Source: an uncultured Spirochaetota bacterium (GTDB taxonomy: Bacteria > Spirochaetota > Spirochaetia > SZUA-6 > Fen-1364). Taken from it: DNA of 64,000 bases. Positions 39,595 to 49,655 of this stretch are shown in pieces. The notes under the pieces were generated by a model. It had not been told where the DNA came from, did no database searches, and saw nothing but the letters and a program-made list of their open reading frames with translations. A program made the position numbers and the translations under genes. Each line of letters starts with the position of its first letter. The stretch's first letter is position 1. The stretch is taken from positions 96,001-160,000 of the forward strand of contig CAWJSK010000001.1 of assembly GCA_963845535.1 (NCBI GenBank). Reading direction: 5' to 3'.

Positions 39595-39595
39595 G

Positions 39596-40996
39596 TCACG
39601 ATTCCCTGCCAGCGAACTTTTCGATGAAGTCCTTCCTGATTCTTCGGTACTCGGAGTGGGGAACGCACCCGAGGATCTTCCACCCCAGGTCCAGAGTCTC
39701 CTCGATGGGACGCTCCTGGTCCGCCTGATGGACCAACTCCTTCTCGAAGGCGTCGGCAAACGCAAGGTACTTCTTGTCCATATCGGTGAGCGCTTCCTCC
39801 CCCACGATGGCCACCAGGCGCCGGATGTCCTGTCCCTCCGCATAGCTTGCGTAGAGCTGGTTGGAAAGCTCGCGATGGTCCTCCCGCGTGACCCCGCGGC
39901 CAATTCCGTTGTTCATGAGCCGGGACAAAGAGGAGAGGACGTCGATGGGGGGGAAAATTCCGCGCCTGTGCAACTGCCGCGAAAGCACGATCTGGCCTTC
40001 CGTGATGTAGCCGGTGAGGTCCGGGATGGGATGGGTGATGTCATCATCCGGCATCGTGAGAATGGGCAGGAGCGTCACAGAGCCTTTGCGCCCCCTCAGG
40101 CGCCCGGCCCGCTCATAGAGCGTGGCAAGGTCCGTGTACATGTAGCCGGGGTAGCCGCGTCTGCCGGGAATCTCCTCCCGCGCCGTCCCGATTTCCCGAA
40201 GCGCCTCGCAGTAGCTGGTCATGTCCGTGAGAAGGACCAGTACTTCGTAGCCCAGCTCGAAGGCGAGGTACTCCGCCGCGGTCAGCGCGGACCTGGGGGT
40301 AAGAAGCCTCTCTATGGTCGGATCATCCGCAAGATTCACGAAGCTCACCAGCCGGCTCTGCGCGCCGCTTCTCTCGAACTCCGACATGAAGAACGCCTTC
40401 TCCCTCTGCGTGATCCCGATTGCGGCGAACACGGTGACAAACCGCTCCTGCTCTCCGCGCACACGGGCCTGCAGGAGGATCCGGGCCGCGATCTCGTTTG
40501 CCGGAAGTCCCGCGCCGGAAAAGATGGGCAGTTTCTGACCGCGCACGAGCGTGTTGAACCCGTCTATCGCGGAAAGTCCGGTCTGCACGAAGTCCCGCGG
40601 CTTGTCCCGGGAAACAGGGTTCATGGGAGTGCCGGCAATGGGCCGCTTTTCCGCGGCCAGCACGGCGGGTAGGCCGTCCAGAGGCCGGCCCGCTCCGTTC
40701 AGCACACGGCCGATCAGCGCCTCACTCACCCCGAGGCGCGCTTCCCGCTCCCGAAGGGATACGGTGGTGCTGGAGACATCGAGACCCATGGTGTCCTCAA
40801 ACACCTGGATCACGGCGATCTCCTCCGAGACCTCGATGACCTGGCCGGTCTTTCTGCTGCCGTCCTGGGCGTCGACTTCCACCATGGCGCCGTAGGGGAG
40901 ATCCATCTTTCTTTCCAGGAAAAGGAGCGGCCCGGAGATCCTGCGCGCGCCCCGCGTCTCGATTCTCATCAGGCTGGGGTTGGTTGCCGGGCTCAT
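39596..40996 (-). CDS. ntpB: V/A-type ATPase subunit B
   Basis: [53 protein letters not shown]. Confidence 0.96.
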   Translation of the reverse strand: MSPATNPSLMRIETRGARRISGPLLFLERKMDLPYGAMVEVDAQDGSRKTGQVIEVSEEIAVIQVFEDTMGLDVSSTTVSLREREARLGVSEALIGRVLNGAGRPLDGLPAVLAAEKRPIAGTPMNPVSRDKPRDFVQTGLSAIDGFNTLVRGQKLPIFSGAGLPANEIAARILLQARVRGEQERFVTVFAAIGITQREKAFFMSEFERSGAQSRLVSFVNLADDPTIERLLTPRSALTAAEYLAFELGYEVLVLLTDMTSYCEALREIGTAREEIPGRRGYPGYMYTDLATLYERAGRLRGRKGSVTLLPILTMPDDDITHPIPDLTGYITEGQIVLSRQLHRRGIFPPIDVLSSLSRLMNNGIGRGVTREDHRELSNQLYASYAEGQDIRRLVAIVGEEALTDMDKKYLAFADAFEKELVHQADQERPIEETLDLGWKILGCVPHSEYRRIRKDFIEKFAGRES

Positions 40997-42765
40997 GCGC
41001 GCTCCTCCTTCACGAGGGAATCGATGGCATTACGAAGTCTTTGCTCCAGGTCCGCGCTCACGCGGGGAAAATCGGTCTCCGAGGAATCCCGAATGCGTGA
41101 AAGCTCTTCCCGCTCCGGCAGGGAAAGAATGCCGGCAAGGGGAACGTGATGATCCAGCGCGTTCTTTGCAGCATCATGAAAGGCAAGGAAGAGGGCGAGC
41201 ATCCCGCCGGCCTTGGAGAGGGAGCAGGTTGCATCCGTTTCCGACACGGCGCTCTGCTGGAGGAACCCTTCCCGCAGCATCCTGCTCACCTCCAGGAGCA
41301 TCCTGTCGTTTTCCTGCAGCGCGTCCGGGCCGACGAGCTGCACGACCTCCTGCAGCTCTGCCTCCTTCTGGAGGATCTCCATCATTCGGGCCCTGTTGGA
41401 CGGCCAGCTTGCGCTCACCTTTTCCCGGTACCACGGGGATAGCCGATCGAAATACAGGGTGTAGCTCTGATGCCAGTTGATGGCAGGGTAGTGGCGCCGA
41501 TGCGCAAGGGGAGAGTCCAGCGCCCATAAGGCACCCGTGACCCGCATCGTGCTCTGCGTCACGGGCTCCGAGAAGTCTCCGCCCGGCGGGGAGACCGCGC
41601 CGACAATCGTGATGGATCCGGTGATTTCCGGCCCGAGGCATTGCGCAGCCCCCGCGCGCTCGTAAAAGGATGCCAGCCTGGATGCGAGGTATGTCGGATA
41701 TCCTTCCTCACCCGGCATCTCCTCGAGACGGGAGGAGATTTCGCGCAGCGCCTCCGCCCAGCGGGAGGTGGAGTCCACCATGACGGCCACCGAGTACCCC
41801 ATGTCCCGGAAGTACTCAGCGATTGTAACGCCCACGAAAATGGAAGCCTCCCGGGCCGCCACTGGCATGTTGGATGTATTGACGATCAGAACAGTGCGGT
41901 CCATCAGCGGTCCGCCGGTCCGGGGGTCTTCCAGGTGCGGGAACTCGGTGAGGACGTCCGTCATCTCGTTGCCCCGCTCCCCGCACCCCACGTAGACGAT
42001 CAGGTCAGCCTCACTGAACTTGGCAAGGGACTGCTCCAGCACGGTCTTGCCCGTGCCGAACCCGCCGGGCAGGCAGGCAATTCCCCCGCGCGCAATGGGA
42101 AACAGGGAATCCAGGATCCGTTGGCCGGTTACGAATGGCTCCGAGGTGCTGATCTTGGTCCTGATGGGCCGTGGGACTTTTGCCGGCCACTTCTGGGCCA
42201 TGGGGATCTGCCTTCCATCTGCCAGCCGGGCCACGCAATCCAAGACGGTGAAGTCCCCTTCCCGGATCTCCGCCACCGTCCCGTTCACGCCGGGAGGCAG
42301 AAGGACCCTGTGCTCCAGCGCGGCCGTCTCCTGCACGCTGCCCAGGATGCTTCCCGGGCCCACGGCGTCTCCTGCCTGAACTGCGGGCTTGAAGTGCCAC
42401 AGCTTCTCCAGGGGCAGAGCATCCACGGAAAGCCCCCTGCCGATAAAGGGCCCGCTCTTTGTCTCCAGAACCCCAAGCGGCCGCTGGATACCGTCATAAA
42501 CGTTCCCCAGGAGCCCGGGCCCCAGGGTGATGAGCATGGGCTCACCGGTGCACAGGACCGGCTCTCCCACCGAGACCCCCGATGTGTCCTCATACGTCTG
42601 CACAAACGCAGTGTCCGCATCCAGTCGGATGATCTCTCCCAGAAGCCCGGCGCTCCCCACCCTGACCACTTCATGCATCCGGGCGCCGCTCACGGACCGG
42701 GCAATCACCATGGGCCCGGCAATCCTGGAAATCGTTCCTTGCATTGTTCCTGATGCATCACGCAT
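40993..42765 (-). CDS. ntpA: V/A-type ATPase subunit A
   Basis: [53 protein letters not shown]. Confidence 0.97.
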   Translation of the reverse strand: MRDASGTMQGTISRIAGPMVIARSVSGARMHEVVRVGSAGLLGEIIRLDADTAFVQTYEDTSGVSVGEPVLCTGEPMLITLGPGLLGNVYDGIQRPLGVLETKSGPFIGRGLSVDALPLEKLWHFKPAVQAGDAVGPGSILGSVQETAALEHRVLLPPGVNGTVAEIREGDFTVLDCVARLADGRQIPMAQKWPAKVPRPIRTKISTSEPFVTGQRILDSLFPIARGGIACLPGGFGTGKTVLEQSLAKFSEADLIVYVGCGERGNEMTDVLTEFPHLEDPRTGGPLMDRTVLIVNTSNMPVAAREASIFVGVTIAEYFRDMGYSVAVMVDSTSRWAEALREISSRLEEMPGEEGYPTYLASRLASFYERAGAAQCLGPEITGSITIVGAVSPPGGDFSEPVTQSTMRVTGALWALDSPLAHRRHYPAINWHQSYTLYFDRLSPWYREKVSASWPSNRARMMEILQKEAELQEVVQLVGPDALQENDRMLLEVSRMLREGFLQQSAVSETDATCSLSKAGGMLALFLAFHDAAKNALDHHVPLAGILSLPEREELSRIRDSSETDFPRVSADLEQRLRNAIDSLVKEERA

Positions 42766-42777
42766 GTTGAGCCAGCC

Positions 42778-43137
42778 TCATATCTTGACGTTGAGCTGAT
42801 ACCCCACGGCGCGCCTGATCAGGGCGGCCACGTATTCATCACCCTTCATTTCTTCCACTTCGCCCCATTGCAGCTCGCCGGGAAGGAGAACGATGAGGGG
42901 AATGATCCGCTGGAGCAAGGAGTCCCGCTCCCGTTCGGACAGGGACTGCAGCAACTCCTCTTCCAGGATCAGAATGCCGCAGTCCCGGTTTTCCGCTGAG
43001 GCAAGGATTGCGTCCCGGGCCGCGCTTCCGGCAGCCGCCACCTCAACGTGCGCCCCGGCAAGGGAGAAACCCGCGCCGAGACCCTCACCGAGAACCCCGC
43101 GCACGCTATACAAGGAGCAGCTCCTTCCTGATTGCAT
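42778..43137 (-). CDS. ntpF: V/A-type ATPase subunit F
   Basis: GFSLAG, LIRRAVGY; operon position. Confidence 0.85.
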   Translation of the reverse strand: MQSGRSCSLYSVRGVLGEGLGAGFSLAGAHVEVAAAGSAARDAILASAENRDCGILILEEELLQSLSERERDSLLQRIIPLIVLLPGELQWGEVEEMKGDEYVAALIRRAVGYQLNVKI

Positions 43138-44173
43138 TCACCGGCACGTGCGCGCTTTTTCCCCGGCACAGAGCGCGCAGGTTCACCGTCTCGTTGTATT
43201 TCCGCCACAGGTAGCCCAGGGCCACGGCAATGCTGAGAGGGTCCTCCCTGTACAGCCTGCAGCCCGCCCGGATCACCAGCTCCTCCAGGTACCTTTCCAT
43301 CACTCCGAGGCTGCGGGATTCCCCGTATGCCAGAATCCCTTTTTCGATGCCGGGAGCGAAATACGATTCGTCCAACGCAGAGAACGCGTCCTCCAGCGTG
43401 GCGCACCCCGCCACGCGAAGGAGAAACCTGTCCTTGAGGCGTCCGCCCGGGATGGGGTCCAGGGTTTCCGCCGGCTCCTTTGGGTCCCTGAGCCGGACCA
43501 TATCGAGGGCCGCCGTGATGTTTGCCAGGTCGATCTGTTGCCGCAGAAGGGACCGCACGATCCTCCTGTTCTCTCTGTCGGAGCCCTCCGCCCCCAAGGC
43601 CTGGCGGAAGTACGCCCGATACATTTTCTTGGCCGCCGCGCCGGTGGAAACTCCACGCCCGGGGTCCGCGCCTGGCTTCCTGGCCATCGCACGGTACAGC
43701 TCGAAGGCAAAAGGGTAATTCCACGTCACAAGCTTTCTGGCGAGCAGGACCGGATCAGCGCTCGCGGCGAGCTCCAATAACTGCGCTTCGGAAAGGGCGC
43801 CTGCAGGCAGCAGCGCTGAGGCCACCTCCCGCGGCGTGGCCCGCCCCTGGATGCCCCTCAGTACCGCAAGCACATTCTGCAGGTCCCATCGTGCAAGCTG
43901 CGTATCCAGCAGAGCACGGGGACCTGGGGGAGCCATTGTGCGCACGCGGGAAAAGCAGCGGACCAGGTCCTGGCGGAGTGCCCACTCGATGGCGGAGATT
44001 CCCGCGCGCTGCGCAAGGCCTTGCCGGAGCAGGGGGCCGTACGGGGAGGCCAGAAGCGCATCAAAGGGCAATTCCTCCGCGTCCATGCCGAGAATTTGCT
44101 CGAAGAAGTCGACGGGAAGGATCTCCGCGCCCATGGCCCTGACCCGGGCGTTCAGATAGTCACATTCACTCAT
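43106..44173 (-). CDS. ntpC: V/A-type ATPase subunit C (d/AC39)
   Basis: DYLNARVRAM, RWDLQNV, YLWRKYNETVNLRAL..GK. Confidence 0.9.
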   Translation of the reverse strand: MSECDYLNARVRAMGAEILPVDFFEQILGMDAEELPFDALLASPYGPLLRQGLAQRAGISAIEWALRQDLVRCFSRVRTMAPPGPRALLDTQLARWDLQNVLAVLRGIQGRATPREVASALLPAGALSEAQLLELAASADPVLLARKLVTWNYPFAFELYRAMARKPGADPGRGVSTGAAAKKMYRAYFRQALGAEGSDRENRRIVRSLLRQQIDLANITAALDMVRLRDPKEPAETLDPIPGGRLKDRFLLRVAGCATLEDAFSALDESYFAPGIEKGILAYGESRSLGVMERYLEELVIRAGCRLYREDPLSIAVALGYLWRKYNETVNLRALCRGKSAHVPVNAIRKELLLV

Positions 44174-44756
44174 TGAGGCATTTCGCGACAGGGGTCTCCA
44201 GAACCTGGAGCGCCATGGCCAGCCGCACCCTGAGGCTGTTGTCCACCTTTACCGTGCCGCCCGCATCGAAGACGACCACTGAGCCCCGCGGGAGATCATC
44301 TTCCGTGAGCGTGCACTCCGTCCCCATCTCCCGGAGGGCTTTCCTGCACACCTCAGCATCCGCGCGGGAAACGCATACGCGGCCGGGCTTGGGGATTCTT
44401 TGCATGGCCTCACCGAGAAGGGCCTTCAGAACATCGGAATACCGGGGAGACCCAACCAGGGCAGCGAGGCGCTCCTCCGCGATCTCGAAGACGCGCTGGT
44501 AAACGCTCCGCACCCCTGCCGTCCTTTCTGCATCAGCCTCCATGCGGGCGCGTCCGAGGAGCCGATCCTCATCCACGCGCGCCTGCTTCTCCATGATCCG
44601 CGCGGCTTCCTCCGCGGCCTGCTGCGCGCGCCGCTCAACGTCTGCCAGGATTTCCCGTGCCCTGGCGCGCGCCTCCGAAAGGATGCTCTCCCTTTCTCCC
44701 GAAGCTTCCCGACCGATCTCCGCGATGAGAGCCGCGGCCTCCACGTCCTGGTTCAC
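44166..44756 (-). CDS. ntpE: V/A-type ATPase subunit E
   Basis: Coiled-coil N-terminus, G.VV....G.VKVDNSL..RL. Confidence 0.87.
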   Translation of the reverse strand: MNQDVEAAALIAEIGREASGERESILSEARARAREILADVERRAQQAAEEAARIMEKQARVDEDRLLGRARMEADAERTAGVRSVYQRVFEIAEERLAALVGSPRYSDVLKALLGEAMQRIPKPGRVCVSRADAEVCRKALREMGTECTLTEDDLPRGSVVVFDAGGTVKVDNSLRVRLAMALQVLETPVAKCLNE

Positions 44757-45088
44757 AGGGCGAAGATCAGGACGACGGCCACCACGAACCCGAGGATGAC
44801 CATCGTTTCAGGGATGGCAATCAGCAGGATGACTGTCCCGGCGGCATCCGGCTTTTCCGCTATGGTTCCGCACCCCGCCGCGCCGATCCTGCTCTGGGCG
44901 ATTGCGGTGCCAAGCGCGGGCAAGCCGATTGCGAGCGCGGCCGCAAGGGCTATCAGCGCGGTCGGGATAGTGCGCTCCTTCACCGGCGCGGCGGCCTGGG
45001 TTCCCTCTTCTGCCCACGCGGCCCCGGCGCCGATGACGGTCAGGAGCAGCACCACAATGGTAGACACCACGAACCGATGTGCATTCAT
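44753..45088 (-). CDS. ntpK: V/A-type ATPase subunit K/c (single hairpin with signal-like leader)
   Basis: LGTAIAQSRIGAAG.G.IAEKP, AIPETMVILG (conserved Glu). Confidence 0.92.
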   Translation of the reverse strand: MNAHRFVVSTIVVLLLTVIGAGAAWAEEGTQAAAPVKERTIPTALIALAAALAIGLPALGTAIAQSRIGAAGCGTIAEKPDAAGTVILLIAIPETMVILGFVVAVVLIFAL

Positions 45089-47043
45089 GCGAGCTCACCT
45101 CCGATCTTTCGAAGCGGAGAGAATCTTCTCCCGCCGCTCTGGTAAAACTTCGAGAAGAACTCCACGTATTGCAGGCGAAGGCCCTGGATGGTCGGGTCTA
45201 TGATGCCCAGGGCGAGATTGAGGCTGTGGATCAAGACCACCACGACAAAGGCGAGCGCGACGTTCGGGATCATCTGGGAAAACAATCTGGCGAGCAGGGC
45301 CAGTACCACGGAGGCGAGGCCGATTGCCATGATCCGCGCGTAAGAAAGAATGTTTCCGACCGTGCTGAGGACTTCCAGGGGAAGAAGAAGCCCGTGCGAA
45401 GGTCTCCTGACGATCTGGTAACCGAGCACGGCAGCAAAGAGAACTGCCGCTCCGATCACTGCGATTCCGAAGGACGGAGGGAGGAATCCCATCATGCGGC
45501 CCACCACGAGGAGGAGGAGGAGGATTCCGAGGATCCGCGCAATGCTGTCCCATGCGTCGGCAGCGTGGTGTTTCCGCCTGGCCGTAAGCACGCCGAGAAG
45601 GAGGCCGAGGAGGATCTGGAAGATCCCCAGGGCGATTGCCACGTACAGATAGCCCAGAATCTGCGCGGACATGTCCCCCCGTCCCACGGCGAGGCGTTCG
45701 TGCCACAGCGGCCGCAGTCCGACCAGCTGGCCCAGGGTGCCGAAAAGCTCCCCGAATACGAATCCGAAAGCGATTGTCCAGAGCGCGCAGACGGAGAAAA
45801 TCACTGAGATCATCCTGAGGAGAGATCCTTTCCTGGAGAGAAGGAACAGGACCGCGGAAAGACAAAGGAGGAGGGCGCCATAGCCAACGTCTCCCAGCAT
45901 GAGCCCGAAGATCAGCGGGAAGAAGATGGAAAGGCCGATGGTCGGATCTATTGTACCGTATTCGGGAAGCGAGAGAATGCTCAAGAGAGGCTCGAAGAAC
46001 TTCGAAGGACGAGGATTTTGCAGGAGCACGGGCGGCATTCCCATCTCCAGCGCCTTCAGCGCACGGGATACAACGGAGGGCCCAAGGGCGGAAAGCAGCC
46101 GCCCGTCCAGGCCCGCCAGTCCCTGCCGCGCGATCCATCCCCTGATGACAAAGGTGTAGGCGGTCCGCGCGAACTTTGGGAAACTGTCATACCGGGCAAG
46201 GAGGTTCCTGCAAGCGTACTGCATTGCGAGAAGGCAGGGGCCGTTCTCTTCATAGAAGGTTTCCGCCTGGGACTGCAGCTCCTTCAGACTCTCCCGCAGT
46301 CCGGTGAGCTCTCCGGAAAGGCCGGTGAAGACCTCCACGAAAGGCCGCTCACGCGCCCCGGCCGGAAGCATCATCTCCGCGATTCCGGCGCGGGCCAGAA
46401 ATGCCCGCACCGCGGCGCTGCTTCCTTGGGGAATGCCGATGAGCGCCGCGGTCCTGCCCCTGCTGAGGCCGGTGGGATGGAAGGTGTAGTTCCCTTGCGT
46501 CAGAGTGGTGAGCTCTTTCACGAGCAGCGTCTTTGCGAGCCTGTTGGCGTCCTCAAAGATCACCCCGAGGTGCTCCAGGTCCCCCGAAAGCTCCCCCGTC
46601 TGGACCAGGGGAGCCAGCCCGCGCACCACCTCCTCATAGGCGGACAGCAACTGGATGTCTTCCCGCATGTTGCTTTCCCGGCGCGCAAACGATCGCACCC
46701 GCGCGTGAAGAGCCTGGGCCGTTGCATTCATTGCCGCAACGGGCTGGCCGTCCCAGCGCCGGTATTGCCCGGCCAAGGCTGGCGAGGTCTGCACCCGGCT
46801 GAGAACAGGGGCAGGCAGCCGTGAAAGGGATTCTTCCAGCGTGCGGGACAGCCCTTCACACTGCTCTTTCTCAGCGAGCTCAGACTCGGAGAGATGGATG
46901 CGGTGAAGCGGCTTTTCTCCGTTCTTTCCGGTGAGGGGGATTTCCTCAATGTGAAGGACACCGGCGTCCTGAATTGCCGAAACGGTCCGATCGAAAAGCG
47001 GCAGGGGTCCCATGATCTCCACACAGGACATCCGGGCGATCAT
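45085..47043 (-). CDS. ntpI: V/A-type ATPase subunit I/a
   Basis: IDPT, FGLMLGDVGYG, FGELFG, LSYARIMAIGLAS, LRLQYVEFFSKFY. Confidence 0.95.
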   Translation of the reverse strand: MIARMSCVEIMGPLPLFDRTVSAIQDAGVLHIEEIPLTGKNGEKPLHRIHLSESELAEKEQCEGLSRTLEESLSRLPAPVLSRVQTSPALAGQYRRWDGQPVAAMNATAQALHARVRSFARRESNMREDIQLLSAYEEVVRGLAPLVQTGELSGDLEHLGVIFEDANRLAKTLLVKELTTLTQGNYTFHPTGLSRGRTAALIGIPQGSSAAVRAFLARAGIAEMMLPAGARERPFVEVFTGLSGELTGLRESLKELQSQAETFYEENGPCLLAMQYACRNLLARYDSFPKFARTAYTFVIRGWIARQGLAGLDGRLLSALGPSVVSRALKALEMGMPPVLLQNPRPSKFFEPLLSILSLPEYGTIDPTIGLSIFFPLIFGLMLGDVGYGALLLCLSAVLFLLSRKGSLLRMISVIFSVCALWTIAFGFVFGELFGTLGQLVGLRPLWHERLAVGRGDMSAQILGYLYVAIALGIFQILLGLLLGVLTARRKHHAADAWDSIARILGILLLLLVVGRMMGFLPPSFGIAVIGAAVLFAAVLGYQIVRRPSHGLLLPLEVLSTVGNILSYARIMAIGLASVVLALLARLFSQMIPNVALAFVVVVLIHSLNLALGIIDPTIQGLRLQYVEFFSKFYQSGGRRFSPLRKIGGELA

Positions 47044-47387
47044 TCGGAAGCCCCCGGCCAGACCGCGGAAACGACCAGCGCCGCAGCGCGTTCGCAGTTC
47101 TCCTGCGCTTTTTTCAGAAGACCCCTGGTCAGGACGGCAAGCTCTTCCCTGAGGGCATTCGCGCGCCGGGTGCTTTCCTGCAGAAGCACGGCGCGGCGCT
47201 GCTCCATGAGAGCGGGCAGCTCTTCCGCCGCCTTCCGCGCCATTTCCGCGGCGGCCTTCTCAGCGTCCGCGATGATCTGACGGGCCTCAGCTCGAGCCTC
47301 ATCCAAAGAGACTTTGAGCCTGTCTTCCTCCTGGGAGATAGTCGGAACGAGGGAATCTTTTTCTTCTCGGTCAGTAACGTGTTTCAA
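47040..47387 (-). CDS. V/A-type ATPase subunit G/H
   Basis: Ala/Glu-rich coiled coil, first gene of the operon, ATGA overlap with ntpI. Confidence 0.75.
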   Translation of the reverse strand: MKHVTDREEKDSLVPTISQEEDRLKVSLDEARAEARQIIADAEKAAAEMARKAAEELPALMEQRRAVLLQESTRRANALREELAVLTRGLLKKAQENCERAAALVVSAVWPGASE

Positions 47388-47483
47388 GGTAAATCAGCGT
47401 TACGACCCTCTGCTGCTACATTCTTTCATGCTGACTACGAGGGGCAGAAAAATGGTAACACAAGCCGCGGCGGACCGCAAGGA

Positions 47484-47666
47484 TTATCGCTTCAGAGCAG
47501 AAAAAAACCCCCTGATCTTGTCAACGCTTGTGATGTAACGCAGCTCCTCCGCGATGGTTCCGAACTTTCTCTTGTCACCCGCGGATTGCAGCCCTATGAC
47601 CCGCTCCACCTGCTCCGGCGACATTGCGCCGATGCGAACAAGGAACTCACCGATTTTCTCTGACAC
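47484..47666 (-). CDS. Stand-alone MshEN-like mini-protein (60 aa)
   Basis: KIGEFLVRIGAMSPEQVERVIGLQ...RKFGTIAEELRYI; RBS AGGAGG + GTG. Confidence 0.65.
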   Translation of the reverse strand: MSEKIGEFLVRIGAMSPEQVERVIGLQSAGDKRKFGTIAEELRYITSVDKIRGFFSALKR

Positions 47667-47810
47667 CTTGAGCCTCCTGGCCCGTCGGCGAAGAGAATTG
47701 TACCACATCCTGGCGCCGCGTCAACGCGAAGAAAAACAACGCGAAGAAAAAGCTTGCGCATTTTGCGCTTTTGGTTGTAGAATAACTCATCAGATGAGTT
47801 GAGGTGTAGA

Positions 47811-48569
47811 ATGCCAGCAACGCGCTCCCTCCGCATCCACAAGACCTCCGCCGTGCAGCAGGCAATCGAGGGCCTGAAGATATACATCCGTGATCGAAGT
47901 CGCGGAGGCGCCGCACGCCTGCCCTCGGAAGCGGAACTTTCGGGAATCCTCGGGATCAGCCGCCTGACCATCCGCGAGGCCCTCGTTGTCCTGGAGCGCG
48001 ACGGGCTGGTTACCCGCTCTCACGGCAAGGCGACGGTCATCAACGGCTTTCTCCGGCACCTTTCCTGCCGAATCGACACGGACCGTGACATCGACGCGTT
48101 CCTGGAGTCCCAGGGATACAAGACCCACTCCCGCGTCCTTTCCCATCGCTGGCGCGCCTCGACGGCGCATGAGGCGTCAAGGCTCGACATCGACGCGGGA
48201 GAAGAGATCCTGGTGGTGGAAAAAGTCTTCATGGCGGACACCTTGCCCGTGGCGTTGTACGTGGACCGGGTGCCCCGGCGCCTGCTGCGTGACGAAAGCT
48301 TCTCAGAGCAGGATTTCGCGGGATCGATGTTCCCGCTCGTAGAGGACGCCTGCCGGTGCCGTATTACCCACGACGTTGTGGAGCTTGCGCCGACCCTGGC
48401 GGACGTCAGGATTGCCGCCCTCTTCAGCGTTCAGCGACGCGCGCCCATCCTGCGCACGGACGTCCTCGAGTATGCAGAGGACGGGAGGGTGATCATGTAC
48501 AACACCGAGTATTACCACGATACGTTCATCCGTTTCACGTTGTGTCGGACCATCCAGTTCTCGTCCTGA
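47811..48569 (+). CDS. GntR/HutC-family regulator with UTRA domain
   Basis: RLPSEAELSGILGISRLTIREAL...HGKAT; UTRA-like C-terminus. Confidence 0.9.
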   Translation: MPATRSLRIHKTSAVQQAIEGLKIYIRDRSRGGAARLPSEAELSGILGISRLTIREALVVLERDGLVTRSHGKATVINGFLRHLSCRIDTDRDIDAFLESQGYKTHSRVLSHRWRASTAHEASRLDIDAGEEILVVEKVFMADTLPVALYVDRVPRRLLRDESFSEQDFAGSMFPLVEDACRCRITHDVVELAPTLADVRIAALFSVQRRAPILRTDVLEYAEDGRVIMYNTEYYHDTFIRFTLCRTIQFSS

Positions 48570-48587
48570 GGACGCAAAGGAGGGAGT

Positions 48588-49604
48588 ATGAAAAACATGA
48601 AGAGTCTTTTTCCCCTGGCGATGTGCGCCGCGCTCGTCGTGGCGGGGCTCCTGGCCCCGGCAGCGGCAGACGCCCAGGCCAAGCCGCACCTGCGGGTAGG
48701 TTTGCTCACCGGGGTGGCCGGTCTGGGCGACAAGTCCTTCAATGACCTCGCGTATGACGGGGCAAAGAAGGCCGAATCCGAGCTGGGAATCATGCTCAAG
48801 GTGGTCGAGCCCCCGGATCTGGCCTCCGAAGAGGGGCTTCTCCGCAGCCTGGCCAAAGCCGGCAATGACCTGGTGATCGGCGTCGGCTTCGACATGGCGG
48901 ATCCGATCAAGAAGGTGTCCGACGAGTTTCCCTCGACGCTCTTCGCGGTGGTCGATGCGGTGGTGGACAAGCCGAACGTCGCGTCCCTCGTTTTCCAGGA
49001 GCATGAAGGCTCGTTCCTCGTCGGGGCGGTCGCGGCAATGATGAGCAAGACCGGAAAAGTGGGCGTCATCCCCGCCATGGACATCCCGTTCCTCAACCGG
49101 TTCACGAAGGCCTACGAGCAGGGGGCGAAGTACATATCGCCCGGCATCAAGGTTGTCGTTCAGCCCATCGGCTCGGACTTCGGCGCGTTCAACGATCCGG
49201 CGCGCTGCAAGAGCATTGCACTGTCCATGTACAGCCAGGGCGTGGACGTGATCTACCACGCCGCGGGAGGATCGGGCTCTGGGCTTTTCGAGGCGGCAAA
49301 GCAGGTGCACAAGTACGCCATCGGGTGCAACTCGGACCAGGACTACATGGCGGAAGGGCTCGTTCTCACCTCGATGATGAAGCGGGTGGACGTTGCGGTC
49401 TTTGATGCCATCAAGACCGCCCGGGACGGCACCTTCAAGCCGGGGATCCATTCCTATGGCGTTGCAAACGGCGGGATCGGGGTCAGCGAGATGAAGTACA
49501 CGAAGTCCCTGATCGGGGCAGCCAACCTGGCCCGCATCGAGGCGCTGAAGAAGGACATCATCGACGGCAAGATCAAGGTCGTCGACGCTCTTGCCTCGAA
49601 ATAG
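48588..49604 (+). CDS. BMP-family nucleoside ABC substrate-binding protein
   Basis: GLGDKSFND, FQEHEGSFLVG, DVIYHAAGGSG, SMMKRVD. Confidence 0.93.
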   Translation: MKNMKSLFPLAMCAALVVAGLLAPAAADAQAKPHLRVGLLTGVAGLGDKSFNDLAYDGAKKAESELGIMLKVVEPPDLASEEGLLRSLAKAGNDLVIGVGFDMADPIKKVSDEFPSTLFAVVDAVVDKPNVASLVFQEHEGSFLVGAVAAMMSKTGKVGVIPAMDIPFLNRFTKAYEQGAKYISPGIKVVVQPIGSDFGAFNDPARCKSIALSMYSQGVDVIYHAAGGSGSGLFEAAKQVHKYAIGCNSDQDYMAEGLVLTSMMKRVDVAVFDAIKTARDGTFKPGIHSYGVANGGIGVSEMKYTKSLIGAANLARIEALKKDIIDGKIKVVDALASK

Positions 49605-49655
49605 GATCAGGATCCCGCGGGGCCGGACCATGCTGCGAGACTCGGGAAGCACATC

